The position numbers and the translations under genes are program-made. A stretch of DNA of 64,000 nucleotides from Eledone cirrhosa (lineage: Eukaryota), in assembly GCA_964016885.1 (NCBI GenBank), contig OZ024743.1, positions 51,956,001-52,020,000 on the forward strand, read 5' to 3'. Positions 63,120-64,000 of the stretch are shown here, one piece after another (within the stretch, counting starts at the first letter, position 1; each line of letters begins with the position of its first letter). The notes beneath the pieces are model-generated. The model had not been told where the DNA came from. It ran no database searches and worked only from the letters and a program-made list of their open reading frames with translations.

Positions 63120-63460
63120 AAGTAGCACTCAACAGTTTATTGGACTGGAGTATATATAAGAAGAAATTAAAAGATGGTTAAAAAAGTTCCATGTATTTTA
63201 TTATACGCATTTCAAAAACAAATATCATCCTGGGACGATATTTGCGTTCTCATCAGATAGTGAGCAAGGTAGTGTCTAAACAACATATGTTGTTTAGACA
63301 CTACCTTGCTCACAAGTGTTTTTTTTTAAGCTTCATATCATGTCTCCCTATTTTATCTGATGAGAACGCAAATATCGTCCCAGGATGATATTTGTTTTTG
63401 AAATGCGCATAATAAAATACATGTACTTTTTTTAACCATCTTTTAATTTCTTCTTATATA
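63120..63460. mobile_element. ORF-less inverted pLTR pair with nested palindrome
   Basis: 63151-63259 is inverted relative to 63354-63460; inner palindrome gtgagcaaggtagtgtctaaacaacat|atgttgtttagacactaccttgctcac. Confidence 0.85.
63349..63419 (+). ncRNA. Type I hammerhead ribozyme motif (antisense partial copy at 63194-63259)
   Basis: TATTTTAT CTGATGA gaacGCAAATATC-gtcccaggat-GATATTTGTtttt GAAA TGCGCA TA ATAAAATA; palindromic stem III. Confidence 0.85.
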
Positions 63461-64000
63461 TATATATATATATATATGTGAGAAAAACCACAGCCTCCAT
63501 CTCGATTCTACTTTTGAAAAGCAGAAGAACTGCGAAACCGGTAAAGGAACCAAATAAATATATTTAAAAAAAAAAAGACTCCAGTTGCATTTTCGATTTC
63601 ATCTTTTTTCCTTATACTTTCACTCGTGTAGGTCACCTCGTTTTTTTTTCATTTTGTATGTGGAATGATAAGATTTATTTTCTTTTGGTCGTTTTGGTAA
63701 TAGGAAAAGAGTCAGGATCCCGACGGCTGAGCTCTGGCCGTTTTGACAGCTAGATCCGAACTAAGCCAGCAGTATTAGGATGACAGGGACCTAGCTGAAC
63801 TTATCAAGGGGTTACAGTCCATATATGGGCATGCAGTCAAAGCAGAAATATCAAATCAAACAATCTTAAAAATTTTTTGTTTTTCTTGTCTGTCACGGGG
63901 AGTGGTCAATGATTTGGGGATGAACATGGTTAAATTCCTTCATAATGGCGTGGGGGGGTGGGGTGGGGGGAGCTGAACTGTAGAACAAAGAGGAGGGAGT

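Overview
Eukaryotic, AT-rich window made almost entirely of repeats, with no recognisable host gene. The SINE and microsatellite landscape resembles a cephalopod (octopus-like) genome; this is inference. Contents: a degraded RTE-like LINE (1.66-2.97 kb); a GC-rich CRE-clade RLE non-LTR retrotransposon (3.5-6.9 kb, -); an 8.7 kb satellite of 23-27 bp units with ~1 kb higher-order duplications; non-autonomous Helitron pieces; three Penelope-like elements (PLEs, 24.6-34.9 kb, -); three Tx1/L1-clade elements plus an R4/Dong-like 3' fragment, all at (AAT)n tracts (35.3-48.7 kb); an RTE with an inverted 5' segment; a Merlin-like transposase relic with a piggyBac-type MITE inside; and many SINE fragments. 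The main signal not shown by the ORF track is RNA-level. About 15 type I hammerhead ribozyme motifs (intact or degenerate) from several sequence families sit in PLE pseudo-LTRs and in ORF-less palindromic pLTR clusters. Several are followed 15-55 nt downstream by a shared (A/G)CTC..TTGAG(T/C)RC hairpin motif that I cannot assign to a described element. All alignments and folds were done by eye.
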